Source: an uncultured Elusimicrobia bacterium (GTDB lineage Bacteria > Elusimicrobiota > Elusimicrobia > Elusimicrobiales > UBA9959). Taken from it: a stretch of DNA of 64,000 bases. The translations under genes were made by a program, and so were the position numbers. The notes under the pieces are model-generated. The model ran no database searches and was not told the DNA's origin. It was given only the letters and a program-made list of their open reading frames with translations. Positions 18,141 through 27,632 of this stretch are shown piece after piece. The DNA is taken from NCBI GenBank assembly GCA_903867985.1, contig CAIPTO010000083.1, positions 20,664-84,663 on the forward strand, read 5' to 3'. Position 1 is the first letter of the stretch. Every line of letters begins with the position of its first letter.

Positions 18141-19427
18141 ATGACTTTTGAACAAGCTTCAAAAATATTGATGGAGAGGCAGGGCTTTGTTAAGAAGGAC
18201 GGTTTAGACCGGGTATGCGCGGCCCTTAATAATTTAGGGAACCCCCATGAGAAGATCAGGACCGTGCATGTTACCGGAACGAACGGCAAAGGTTCCGTTT
18301 GCGCGCTTTTTGATTCCGTGTTCCGGGCGGCGGGATACAAAACCGGCCTGTTTATCAGCCCCCACCTTCTGACCCTGACCGAGCGGATAAAGATAAACGG
18401 AGAGGAGATAGCAGAACAGAAATTCGCCGACTTGCTGGAGGAGGTTTTTAAAGCCGGCCCGGACCTGAATTTCTTTGAAATTCTGACTTGCATGGCTTTT
18501 CTCTATTTTGAGCGCGAGAAGACTGACATCGCCGTCATAGAGGTGGGTATAGGCGGACGTTTTGACACGACCAATGTTCTGCCGCGGCCGGAACTGTCGG
18601 TAATCTCCTCGGTGGATTACGATCATAAAAAATATCTCGGGGACACTCTCTGTGAGATAGCCGGTCAGAAAGCGGGTATCATTAAAAGCGGCGGCGTATG
18701 CCTGGCCCCTCTCCTGCCTGAAGCTGCCCGCGGGCCGGTGCTGCTGGCGGCCCAGGAGAAAAGCGCGCGGGTGCATTTTCTGGCTCCGGTCTTTGAAATC
18801 TCAGGCTACGACTGGAAGCGCGGACGAATGCGCCTAAAGCATAAAAAGACCGGCGACGAGCTGGAGTTGGGTCTCATGGGTGACGTCCAGGTTTCTAACG
18901 CAACGCTGGTTTACGAGGGAGTGTCTATTTTAAACGGAGCCGGGTTTAAGATAAGCAGGGAAGATATCGTCCGGGGCTTCGCGCGCGTGGACTGGCCGGG
19001 CCGTTTTCAGGTGTTGAGCCGCGGGGAGTGCGTATATATCCTGGACGGCGCGCATAATCCGGAAGCTGTAAGGGCTTTTGCTGCGACTTTCAGCCGGTCC
19101 CCTTTCAAAGACCGGGACGCTGTTTTTGTGGTGGGTCTTCTGAACGACAAGGACCACCTATCCATACTTACGACGCTGGCCCCTTACGCCGCAAAGGCTA
19201 TTTTTACCAAGCCGCCTTCCGAAAGAGCCATTGATCCCTGCGTTTTGGCGGATGAATTTTCCAGGCTGCGACCGGAAGCCGAAGTAGAAGTGCAGGAAGA
19301 CATAGAGGCCGCCCTGTCTGCCGGGGCCAGGACGGGGACGATAGTGATTCTCGGTTCTTTTTATCTGATAGGATCCGTTCTTTCTGTTTTGAAACCGATT
19401 TTTTGTGAACCGGTAATTGGTCGGTAG
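18141..19427 (+). CDS. folC: Folylpolyglutamate synthase / dihydrofolate synthase
   Basis: Mur-ligase P-loop HVTGTNGKGS. ATG at 18141 preferred over the GTG at 18126. Confidence 0.85.
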   Translation: MTFEQASKILMERQGFVKKDGLDRVCAALNNLGNPHEKIRTVHVTGTNGKGSVCALFDSVFRAAGYKTGLFISPHLLTLTERIKINGEEIAEQKFADLLEEVFKAGPDLNFFEILTCMAFLYFEREKTDIAVIEVGIGGRFDTTNVLPRPELSVISSVDYDHKKYLGDTLCEIAGQKAGIIKSGGVCLAPLLPEAARGPVLLAAQEKSARVHFLAPVFEISGYDWKRGRMRLKHKKTGDELELGLMGDVQVSNATLVYEGVSILNGAGFKISREDIVRGFARVDWPGRFQVLSRGECVYILDGAHNPEAVRAFAATFSRSPFKDRDAVFVVGLLNDKDHLSILTTLAPYAAKAIFTKPPSERAIDPCVLADEFSRLRPEAEVEVQEDIEAALSAGARTGTIVILGSFYLIGSVLSVLKPIFCEPVIGR

Positions 19428-19517
19428 CGATAAGCAGTAAGGATTAAGTGGTGAGCGGAAAATGGTAAGTTTGGAAAGCGCACAACTTAATCCTTTACTG
19501 TATGGAATGGGAGAATT

Positions 19518-20459
19518 ATGAAAGGTATCGGTATAGACATCGGCGGCACCAACACCAAACTTATAGTCATGGATGACAAGAACACTCTCCTACACGAGGA
19601 AAGATTCCATACCGCGCCGGAGAACGGGCAGGCTGATTTCATAAAGAGGCTGGGCGCCGCTGCCAAAAGGCTTAAGCAGGAATGGAAGGCCGTTTCCATC
19701 GGTATAGGCGCGGCCGGAGATATGGACCCTGAGAAAGGAATATTACGCTTCGCTCCCAATCTGAACCAGTGGAGAAATGTCCCCCTGGCGGTCTCCCTGA
19801 AGAAGATTACAGGCCTGGATTGTGTGCTGGAGAACGACGCCAATATGGCCGCCTGGGGCGCCTATGAGCTGGAGATAAAGCGCAGATACAGGAATGTGGT
19901 TGCCGTTACTTTGGGCACCGGCATAGGCAGCGGTATTATTATGGACGGCAGACTCTATCACGGCTCTACAGGGTCGGCCGGAGAATTAGGGCATTGTAAG
20001 CTTGATCGCGCCGGGGAGCAGTGCCACTGCGGCGCTAAAGGCTGCCTGGAGGCATACTGCGGCAGCTACGCTATAATGCGCAGCGCCCGGCGGGCCATAA
20101 AGAACCCCGAAGCTTTTATCGCCAGATACGCCGCCCCTGGCAGAGAGAGGCTTAATACCATCTGCCTCACAAGGGCTGCCGACAACGGGCACAAGCCGGC
20201 GCTTAAAATATGGCGGGACATGGGTGAGAATCTTGGGCGCGGATTGGCCGACATGATACTCTTTTTTAACCCGGACTGCGTCGTTCTTACCGGAGGGGTT
20301 TCCAAGGCTTCCAGGCATTTTCTGGGTCCTCTGAAGAGTGTTTTGGCCTCCCAGCAGATAACCACTCCATTCGTTAAAGTTAAACTTGTAGTGGCCAGGA
20401 ACGCCGACCTGGGTGTTTACGGGGCGGCTCTGCTGGGCATGGAAAGAGCGAGACACTAA
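19518..20459 (+). CDS. ROK family glucokinase
   Basis: GIDIGGTNTK ATP-binding start. ROK zinc motif HCKLDRAGEQCHCGAKGCLEAY. Confidence 0.85.
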   Translation: MKGIGIDIGGTNTKLIVMDDKNTLLHEERFHTAPENGQADFIKRLGAAAKRLKQEWKAVSIGIGAAGDMDPEKGILRFAPNLNQWRNVPLAVSLKKITGLDCVLENDANMAAWGAYELEIKRRYRNVVAVTLGTGIGSGIIMDGRLYHGSTGSAGELGHCKLDRAGEQCHCGAKGCLEAYCGSYAIMRSARRAIKNPEAFIARYAAPGRERLNTICLTRAADNGHKPALKIWRDMGENLGRGLADMILFFNPDCVVLTGGVSKASRHFLGPLKSVLASQQITTPFVKVKLVVARNADLGVYGAALLGMERARH

Positions 20460-20471
20460 CCCGGGCTCCAC

Positions 20472-22547
20472 ATGAGAAAAAAAATAATTCTGGCCATCCT
20501 GCTTGCCGGTCCCGCGTCTCCGGCGCGGGCTTACGACCTGCCTTCTTCCACAGGCACGCACAGGGTTGTGTTTTCATCCGAGTTGGGAGATTTTAACGAA
20601 AACACGCGGATCATAAATCTTCAGGGCAATGTTCAGCTGGACGAGCTGGGGCCGGATAATATGCTGGTGAAGACCATAAAGGCGGGACGCCTGACTGTGA
20701 ATTCATCCAGCAGTACGGTTTACGCTCCCGAGGACTTTGTGCTGAACGACACATCCGGCACGATCTCCGGTAAAAGCGGCTTATTTAACTATTCGGAGAA
20801 TACCGGCTATATAAACGACGCCCGTCTGAGCCAGAAGAATTTTTTCATTACAGGCAAACGGGGAGAGATGACCCCCACCCGCCAGATCTATAAAAAAGCG
20901 GAGTTCACTTCCTGCGAGGAGACCCCGCCCGATTATAAAATAAAGGCCTCGCGCGTCTACCTGGCACCGAATAAATATTTCCTGTCTTTTAATAACTTCT
21001 TTTATATCGGCCGGGTGCCTGTTTTATATTTCCCGGTGCTTTATAAGCCGCTCATACCCGGTACGCCTTTCGTGAGCGCATTCAATTTCGGCCATGACCA
21101 TCGGAGTGAATATTTCGTAAGGTCCAGCTATTCTTATCGATTCAATAATGAAACCAAAGGCAAGCTTTACCTTGATCACTTCGGAAAGCAGGGTTTCGGC
21201 ACCGGCGCGGAGGGTGATTATAGGAACGATAAGACCATCGCCAATATTTCCGCGTACCGCATACGCGAATACGGGACCTCTACCGATCGCTGGGGCCTGA
21301 ATGGGGGTTATTGGCGCCGCCTTGATCTGTTTCGCGGCATAGATTCGGCTTCATACTACAGCCAATCATATTTTCGACTGCTTTCCGACCCGGAATTTAA
21401 TAACGATTATTTCAGAACCAACCCTTTCGCCATCAGCCCCGACAGGCAGGCTAATCTGGCTTTTACCAGGACATCCAACACCACGGTCACACGGGTCAGC
21501 GCCGCCGTTCTTTACCAAGGCACGACCGATATGAAGCAATTTAGCAAAGCCTATGAAGCAACTCCCAGGCTGGATTTTCAGAAGTTGCCGTTCACTATAG
21601 CCAAGATACCTGTCCTTAATTCTTTCAACGGTTTTTTTGAGAGCGTAAAGGAGATCGGTGTGCCTTATTACCAGCGCAAAGCCGGCGGTACATGGACGAT
21701 TGCCAAGACGGTTCCGCTGCTCCACGGGGTAACCCTTGCGCCATCCGTTTTCTATAATCAAAGTCTTTATATTGCCACCAGCCCCCTCACCACTAATATC
21801 TGGACCGGGCGTTACGGAAGTAATGTAAACCTTCGTTATGACCGTCTTTTGGGTTCACTGGACCTTACCCATTCTTACCAAGTCCGTATGGCTATCAATC
21901 GCTTAGAACAGGACCGGAGAGCCGGTGATAAAGGGGAGGAAATAAATTCCTTATTTTCCCAGCTCTTTTTAATGCCGGTCTATAACACCTATTTTAAAAC
22001 TAATATCTCATATGATATGCGCTCGTGGGTGCGGGGCGCGGTTTCCAGGCGTCTTTCACCGCTTTTCGCGGAGTTGTACCATGCTCCGCGTAAAAATTTG
22101 AATATTTACATTCAGGATTCTTACATTTTTTCCGAAGGAAACAGCAGCCTTGTCGCCCAGGTTTACTCAGGCGACGAAAAAGATTACGTGGGGATGGGCC
22201 TGGCCAATTATAGCAACAAGCCTAATACATATGTGGTCAACCAGATGCTTGGTTTTCGTCTGCCATGGGCCAAGTCCTGGCGCGCCGAAAGTATTCTGCG
22301 GTGTGAGATCACGCGCTTTAACACGGACAGGGTCAGAAGCACCAGATTTTTTGAAAAAGGCCTCATCCTGTACAAAGATTTCCATGATTTTCACACGACC
22401 TGGTCCTATAAAGTCCGCAGAGGTGTGAAGGAATTCTTTTTTCTTTTAAGTCTGAAAAAGAGCGATCCTGCCAGACATGATTCGTTCGAGGACGCCTCAA
22501 GGAACTATTGGCACCCCTGGCGCAAAGAGGGGGATTTGAGGGACTAG
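20472..22547 (+). CDS. LptD/OstA-like outer-membrane LPS-assembly protein
   Basis: Signal peptide, N-terminal OstA-like beta-jellyroll pattern (INLQGNVQLDE ... TIKAGRLTVN ... GTISGKSGLFNY), then about 550 aa of amphipathic beta-strand sequence. This is a pattern-based assignment. Confidence 0.55.
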   Translation: MRKKIILAILLAGPASPARAYDLPSSTGTHRVVFSSELGDFNENTRIINLQGNVQLDELGPDNMLVKTIKAGRLTVNSSSSTVYAPEDFVLNDTSGTISGKSGLFNYSENTGYINDARLSQKNFFITGKRGEMTPTRQIYKKAEFTSCEETPPDYKIKASRVYLAPNKYFLSFNNFFYIGRVPVLYFPVLYKPLIPGTPFVSAFNFGHDHRSEYFVRSSYSYRFNNETKGKLYLDHFGKQGFGTGAEGDYRNDKTIANISAYRIREYGTSTDRWGLNGGYWRRLDLFRGIDSASYYSQSYFRLLSDPEFNNDYFRTNPFAISPDRQANLAFTRTSNTTVTRVSAAVLYQGTTDMKQFSKAYEATPRLDFQKLPFTIAKIPVLNSFNGFFESVKEIGVPYYQRKAGGTWTIAKTVPLLHGVTLAPSVFYNQSLYIATSPLTTNIWTGRYGSNVNLRYDRLLGSLDLTHSYQVRMAINRLEQDRRAGDKGEEINSLFSQLFLMPVYNTYFKTNISYDMRSWVRGAVSRRLSPLFAELYHAPRKNLNIYIQDSYIFSEGNSSLVAQVYSGDEKDYVGMGLANYSNKPNTYVVNQMLGFRLPWAKSWRAESILRCEITRFNTDRVRSTRFFEKGLILYKDFHDFHTTWSYKVRRGVKEFFFLLSLKKSDPARHDSFEDASRNYWHPWRKEGDLRD

Positions 22548-22703
22548 CCAGCAGGGAGTTATAAGGATTAAGGGATCATGGTAAATGAAACGGAAATGGG
22601 GCGAAATTAATCCTTAATGCTTAATTCTGCCGGTTTTTGATTTTTTTCAAAAATGCTAGACTATAAACATTGAGGGCCGCGGGTTAAAAGGTAAGGAGTT
22701 TTT

Positions 22704-23648
22704 ATGAAAAAACCTGTTTGGGTGGTGACCGGCGGAGCCGGCTTTATCGGCTCCAACATAACGGAAGAATTAGTGCGCCGCGGTGAGACGGTGCGCGTTT
22801 TTGATAATTTTTCTACCGGCAAAAAAGAGAACCTCGCTCCTTTCCTGAATAAGATACAGCTCGTCAAAGGTGATATACGCAATCCCGAACACCTGAAAAA
22901 GGCGATGAAGGGCGCGGTTTATGTTCTCCATCAGGCCGCTCTGCGCTCAGTGCCGAGATCCGTGGACAATCCCGTGGATTCCAACGATGTTAATGTCACC
23001 GGTACGCTTAATGTGTTAATGGCCGCCCGAGACGCCGGAGTCAGGCGCCTGGTGTATGCTTCTTCCAGTTCAGCCTACGGCGACTCCAGAGTTTTTCCGC
23101 AGGTTGAAACTCTCGCCACCAATCCGATATCCCCTTACGCTGTCTCAAAACTTGCCGGCGAACATTATTGCATGGTCTTCGCGCGGACTTACCGCTTTGA
23201 GACTGTCGCCCTCAGGTATTTTAATGTTTTTGGCCCCAGGCAGAATCCGGAATCGCTTTACTCCGCCGTCATTCCCAAGTTTATGGAAACTGCTTTGGCC
23301 GGCAAGTGTCTTGAGATACACTGGGACGGGAAACAATCCAGGGATTTCACTTTTATAAAGAACGTAGTGGACGCCAATATTTTAGCCGCCATGGCGCCTA
23401 AGGCCGCCGGCAATGTTTACAATATTGCCACCGGCACCTCTGTATCGCTCATGGATATCGTGTCGGGCCTGGAGGAGATTCTCGGACGTAAGCTTGATAA
23501 GAAGTTTCTGCCCAAGCGCGCCGGCGATGTGCGCAGAACCTGGGCGAATATTTCAAAGGCCCGCCGCGACATGGGCTACAAACCGCAGGTCGCTTTCCGG
23601 GACGGTTTGAAGGCCACCTGGGAATACTTCGGTGAACATTGGAAGTAA
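22704..23648 (+). CDS. NAD-dependent sugar-nucleotide epimerase/dehydratase (extended SDR, GalE/WbpP-like)
   Basis: Rossmann VTGGAGFIGSN, catalytic YAVSK. AAGGAG RBS. Confidence 0.85.
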   Translation: MKKPVWVVTGGAGFIGSNITEELVRRGETVRVFDNFSTGKKENLAPFLNKIQLVKGDIRNPEHLKKAMKGAVYVLHQAALRSVPRSVDNPVDSNDVNVTGTLNVLMAARDAGVRRLVYASSSSAYGDSRVFPQVETLATNPISPYAVSKLAGEHYCMVFARTYRFETVALRYFNVFGPRQNPESLYSAVIPKFMETALAGKCLEIHWDGKQSRDFTFIKNVVDANILAAMAPKAAGNVYNIATGTSVSLMDIVSGLEEILGRKLDKKFLPKRAGDVRRTWANISKARRDMGYKPQVAFRDGLKATWEYFGEHWK

Positions 23649-23725
23649 TAAGTCTTAAGTGGTAAGTCGTAATCGTAAAACTGTGAAGCTTAATATTTAC
23701 CCATAATTCTTAATGGAGCGCTTAA
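23649..23725. repeat. Entire intergenic spacer is a 7 nt-phased array (TAAnnnn x about 11)
   Basis: taagtct taagtgg taagtcg taatcg taaaact gtgaagc ttaatat ttaccca taattct taatgga gcgctta. Confidence 0.85.
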
Positions 23726-24292
23726 ATGATCCCTAATATAGTTTCTTCTTCATCGGGCTGGATAGAGGTTGTCTGCGGCAGTATGTTCTCCGGCAAGACG
23801 CAGGAACTCATCAGGCGGCTTCGGCTCGCCAATATCGCCAGACAGAAAGTACAGGTCTTTAATTCGCACCTGGATGTGCGCTATGGCAAAGAACATCTTG
23901 TCTCGCACGACAAATCCATGCTTCCGTCCAGACCCGTTAAAACGGCAAAAGACATTCTCAAGGAGATAGACCACGACACACAGGTGGTGGGTATAGACGA
24001 GGCGCATTTTTTTGCCGAAGATATCGTTGATGTATGCCAAAAACTGGCCAACTCCGGCAAGCGCGTGATCGTGGCTGGCCTGGACCAGGATTACCGCGGA
24101 GAGCCTTTCGCCAACATGGCCCGCCTTATGGCGGTTTCCGAGTTCGTTACCAAAAACCTTGCGATCTGCATGGTTTGCGGCAACCCGGCGCATTTTAGCC
24201 AGCGTCTGACAGACAGTTCTAGGCGTATAGAAGTCGGAGCCGGCGATAAGTACGAGGCCCGCTGCCGCAAATGTTTTACTCCGGAAAAGTAA
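23726..24292 (+). CDS. tdk: Thymidine kinase
   Basis: P-loop GSMFSGKT. Zn-ribbon cysteines CMVCGNPA...CRKCF. Confidence 0.92.
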   Translation: MIPNIVSSSSGWIEVVCGSMFSGKTQELIRRLRLANIARQKVQVFNSHLDVRYGKEHLVSHDKSMLPSRPVKTAKDILKEIDHDTQVVGIDEAHFFAEDIVDVCQKLANSGKRVIVAGLDQDYRGEPFANMARLMAVSEFVTKNLAICMVCGNPAHFSQRLTDSSRRIEVGAGDKYEARCRKCFTPEK

Positions 24293-24431
24293 TTGACGTA
24301 AAATGTGAAGCGTAAAGCGCAAAGAGTTAAAAACTTGTGGGGAATTTCGCCTGCTATGGCCATTTACGGCTTACGCTTTCCGCTTTACGATGAGTGTGGA
24401 AATAGATTTTATTTCGATAAGGTAATTCTTC

Positions 24432-24929
24432 ATGTACCGCTCTGAAAAAAACAATAACCCGATGCTTTTTCCCAAACTTTTTCACCTTGGGGGAAGGTTG
24501 GATGACTCCAATCGCTGGCTAAAGCTTGGCGAAGCTATGCCTTGGGAAAAGCTGGACGAACTTTATGGTAAGTATTTCACCAAAGGTTACGGCCGCCCGG
24601 CCAAGGATTCCCGCCTCATAACAGGGCTCCTGACAGTTAAACTGATCAAGAATCTTTCGGACGAGGAGGCTGTGCAGGAATTCATGGAGAACCCCTACAT
24701 GCAGGCTTTCTGCGGAGCCGAATATTTTGCCGTGGAAGACGTTATCAGTTCCAGCGTTCTTTCTGAACGCCGCAAGCGCCTCGGCGCAGATTTCTTCTCT
24801 TTCTTTGACTCCGAAGTTGGACGTGTTATTAGAGATTCCAAAACTTTCCGCCTCAGGTCCGCAAAAGACCCCTCCAGGGCCGGTTTAATAGGCCGCGTCA
24901 TTAATAAAATAAAAACCCTGTTCAATTGA
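24432..24929 (+). pseudogene. Truncated IS5/IS1182-like transposase (N-terminal DUF772-type domain only)
   Basis: 165 aa resembling the transposase N-terminal domain (NRWLKLGEAMPWEKLDELY ... GRPAKDSRLITGLLTVKLIKNLSDEEAV ... ENPYMQAFCG). No DDE catalytic domain follows. The ORF ends inside the tolB terminator hairpin. Lower GC than the flanks. Confidence 0.6.
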
Positions 24930-24935
24930 ACAGGG
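24905..24935 (-). terminator. Rho-independent terminator of the pal-cpoB-tolB unit
   Basis: Minus-strand hairpin ccctgttc-aatt-gaacaggg (24935-24916), followed by tttttatttta. Confidence 0.65.
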
Positions 24936-24967
24936 GAATTCTCAACTGCATTCTTTATACGGTGGGT

Positions 24968-26260
24968 TTAAGGACTCCAGTTGGGCGTGTAGGTCTGTCC
25001 CTCAAGATCGGTCAGGGGATGGGGAGCGGAGCCGTCCGCATCCATTATGTATAATTCCCTGCGTCCGCGCCGGCTGGAGGTGAAGGCTATAAATCTTCCG
25101 TCCGGAGACCAGGACGGATCCTCATTATCGCCGCTGTCGCTGGTAAGACGGCGGATCTGACTGCCGGTCAGATCGGTGAGAAAAATATTCAATTTTTCTT
25201 TAACGGTTTCCCGGCCGGAGAAAACTATCCATTCTCCGGTGGGAGACCAGTTAGGGGAATCGCACCAATTCATGCGAGTAAGCTTGCGCATTTTATTGGT
25301 TTCCATATCCAGTACGAATATCTGCGGATTGCCGGCGCGGTCCGAGATAAAAGCTATCTGTTTTCCGTCAGGGGCATAGGTCGGGGAAGAGCTGACTCCA
25401 AATCGGCTCAGCAGCTTCTTCAATTCCCGCGTCACGATATTAAGGCTGTAGATATTGGGGTCGTCGCCCTTTGAAAGGGTCATTACCATGGTCTGGCCGT
25501 CGGGGGAGAAGCCTCCTGGAATATTGAGGCCCTGGAAAGTGGCGAAGGGCCGTATTTTGCCGGCTTTCAAATCTATCTCAAACATATCCGGGTTGTCGTG
25601 GCGGTAGGTGGTGTAGTAGATCCGCGCGGCGTCCTGTGACCACCTCGGCAGGAGGGCTATCGATCGGTCGTTGGTGAATTTGACAAGGTTCTCACCGTCA
25701 TAATCTACGGCGTAGATCTCTTTTGAGCCTGTGGAATTGTTGGAAAAAGCTATTTTTGAGTGCGCAAGACCTTTCCTGCCGGTAACCCTTAGTATGATGT
25801 CATCTGAGAAAAGATGCGCGGCCCGACGCATGGCCCGGGGCTCACCCTGATAGAATTTTTCCAGGAGGATCCTGCCGCTTTCCAGGTCATGCAGACGGGC
25901 AGTGAAGGTCCAGACCTTTTCGTTTTGAGAGGCTTTACCGCTCACCAGCCATCCCGCGCCCAATGTCTTCCAAAAGTTCAGCGAGTCCGGATCATTTGAG
26001 AGGTTGGCGGGGCTAAAAGGTTCTTCTTTGACGTCAAAATATCGGGAAAACATGAGGTCCGCGCGGATGATGTCTCGGAACTGCTCTGCGAGTTCCAGAT
26101 CTTTGGGGTTGTCTGGCCTGACCGGAAGGAACTTGGCCATGGCCAGCGCGGTTTTATTGTACTCTTTGCCGGCTGCGACGCCTATGTATACATCGGTCTG
26201 CGCCAGCGCAACCTGGACCAAGGCGAGGCCAAGAATAACGATTGCTAAAACTCTTTTCAT
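24968..26260 (-). CDS. tolB: Tol-Pal system beta-propeller protein TolB
   Basis: 430 aa. Signal peptide, N-terminal TolB domain, repeated propeller blades with SPDG/APDG motifs (SPDGQTMV, APDGKQIAF, SPTGEWIVF, SPDGRFIAF). Confidence 0.9.
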   Translation of the reverse strand: MKRVLAIVILGLALVQVALAQTDVYIGVAAGKEYNKTALAMAKFLPVRPDNPKDLELAEQFRDIIRADLMFSRYFDVKEEPFSPANLSNDPDSLNFWKTLGAGWLVSGKASQNEKVWTFTARLHDLESGRILLEKFYQGEPRAMRRAAHLFSDDIILRVTGRKGLAHSKIAFSNNSTGSKEIYAVDYDGENLVKFTNDRSIALLPRWSQDAARIYYTTYRHDNPDMFEIDLKAGKIRPFATFQGLNIPGGFSPDGQTMVMTLSKGDDPNIYSLNIVTRELKKLLSRFGVSSSPTYAPDGKQIAFISDRAGNPQIFVLDMETNKMRKLTRMNWCDSPNWSPTGEWIVFSGRETVKEKLNIFLTDLTGSQIRRLTSDSGDNEDPSWSPDGRFIAFTSSRRGRRELYIMDADGSAPHPLTDLEGQTYTPNWSP

Positions 26261-26270
26261 CGGAGGCGGT

Positions 26271-27014
26271 CTATTTTGTCTTTTCGGTCTTGGTTTTAGG
26301 CTGACGCAGTTTTGCGATATACGTCTTGGCCGTACCGGCTTCCTGCGATTTGGGGTAGTCCCGGGTGATGGATTCCAGATATTTCAGGGATTCAGCCTTT
26401 TTGTCCTCGGGAAATTTCAGAATGGATAGGGCGTATTTAAGCCTGGCCGCCGGTATCCGCGGCGACTTGGGAAATTTGTCCAGAATAGTGGCGTAACTGA
26501 GGGCGGCATCCTGCCATTTTTCCTTCAGATAAAGTGATTCGCCCAGATAGAAGTAGGCGTTCTCCGCCAGTTCTCCCGCGGGAAACTTGGCCAGGTAGGA
26601 TTTGAAGCCGGCCGAAGCGCCGTCGAAGTTGTTGTTCAGAAAAGAGTTGTATGCGTCGTTGTAAATCTTGGCGGGCAGGAGGGCCGATTCCATATCCTCC
26701 TGCTGTTTTTTAATGGTGGCGCCTATGGCGTTGACGCGCTTGTTCATCATCGCGTCCAGTTCGTCAAGGCGGCCTGAAAGGCGCGCCATTTGGGAGATTA
26801 TATCCTTGAGGTTCTCGGAGAATACATTAAGGTTGGTGGAGAGAGAATCTATCTTTAAAGCCAGGTCGGCCTGGTTCTTTTGCATGTTGTTTAGGTTCGT
26901 GTTTAAATCATCCATCTGGCTCTGCATCTGGAGCATGTCCTGCTGTGTCGCAACGCAACCCCAGAGCGGAGCGAGCGCGAGCAGAACCGCAGCGGTTTTA
27001 AAAAAATTATTCAT
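26271..27014 (-). CDS. cpoB: Tol-Pal system protein CpoB/YbgF (coiled coil + TPR)
   Basis: Signal peptide, N-terminal coiled coil (QQDMLQMQSQMDDLNTNLNNMQKNQ), C-terminal TPR repeats (AENAYFYLGESLY; DAALSYATILDKFPKSP). Confidence 0.8.
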   Translation of the reverse strand: MNNFFKTAAVLLALAPLWGCVATQQDMLQMQSQMDDLNTNLNNMQKNQADLALKIDSLSTNLNVFSENLKDIISQMARLSGRLDELDAMMNKRVNAIGATIKKQQEDMESALLPAKIYNDAYNSFLNNNFDGASAGFKSYLAKFPAGELAENAYFYLGESLYLKEKWQDAALSYATILDKFPKSPRIPAARLKYALSILKFPEDKKAESLKYLESITRDYPKSQEAGTAKTYIAKLRQPKTKTEKTK

Positions 27015-27015
27015 A

Positions 27016-27558
27016 TTATTTTGATTTCACCTTAGTTTCGGATTTTCTGTTTTTCGCCCAGCAGGCGTCGGTTTCTTCCACGCAGGACGGTTTTTCCTTG
27101 CCGTATGAAATAGTGCCTATGGATGATTCCGGCACTCCGAGGCGGGTGTAATAATCTCTGACTTCCTTGGCTCGTTTCTGGCCCAGAGCGAGGTTGTATC
27201 CCACCGTCCCGCGGAGGTCGCAGTATCCTTCTACCAGAACGGTCCAATCCTTGCGGGTTTTCAGGACGTCGGCGTTTTTCTGCAGAGTCTTGCGCGCATC
27301 ATCTGAAAGGCCGTACATGTCAAAATCGAAATATATGGGTTGTATGGTTTCCTGATATGCGAACTCTCCGCCCCGGATATTGCCCTCCGTGCTCATTGTG
27401 TTGGTACTCTCCTGTATGTCCAGAGCCGGATTGGCGGCGAAGTCGGTAATCACATCGGTTTTATTGCCGGGATTTTTAATGTTCTTCTTGTTGCAGGAAA
27501 CAGCGCACAGCGCTATAAAAATGGAAAACAGGCTTACCAGGAAAGTATTTATCTTCAT
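27016..27558 (-). CDS. pal: Peptidoglycan-associated lipoprotein Pal (OmpA family)
   Basis: Lipobox ALCAVSC. OmpA-like domain YFDFDMYGL ... VLVEGYCDLRGTVGYNLALGQKRA. GGAGGA RBS. Confidence 0.88.
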   Translation of the reverse strand: MKINTFLVSLFSIFIALCAVSCNKKNIKNPGNKTDVITDFAANPALDIQESTNTMSTEGNIRGGEFAYQETIQPIYFDFDMYGLSDDARKTLQKNADVLKTRKDWTVLVEGYCDLRGTVGYNLALGQKRAKEVRDYYTRLGVPESSIGTISYGKEKPSCVEETDACWAKNRKSETKVKSK

Positions 27559-27632
27559 CTTTGATCCTCCGAACAGCGTTTATGTACACAATACTCTATA
27601 AAAAAAAGAGCCGTAAACCAAATAATACCGGG

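Noticed and set aside
23750-24322. 190 aa minus-strand ORF opposite tdk.
   Set aside because: The plus-strand product has the thymidine kinase P-loop and Zn ribbon. The antisense product has no recognisable features.
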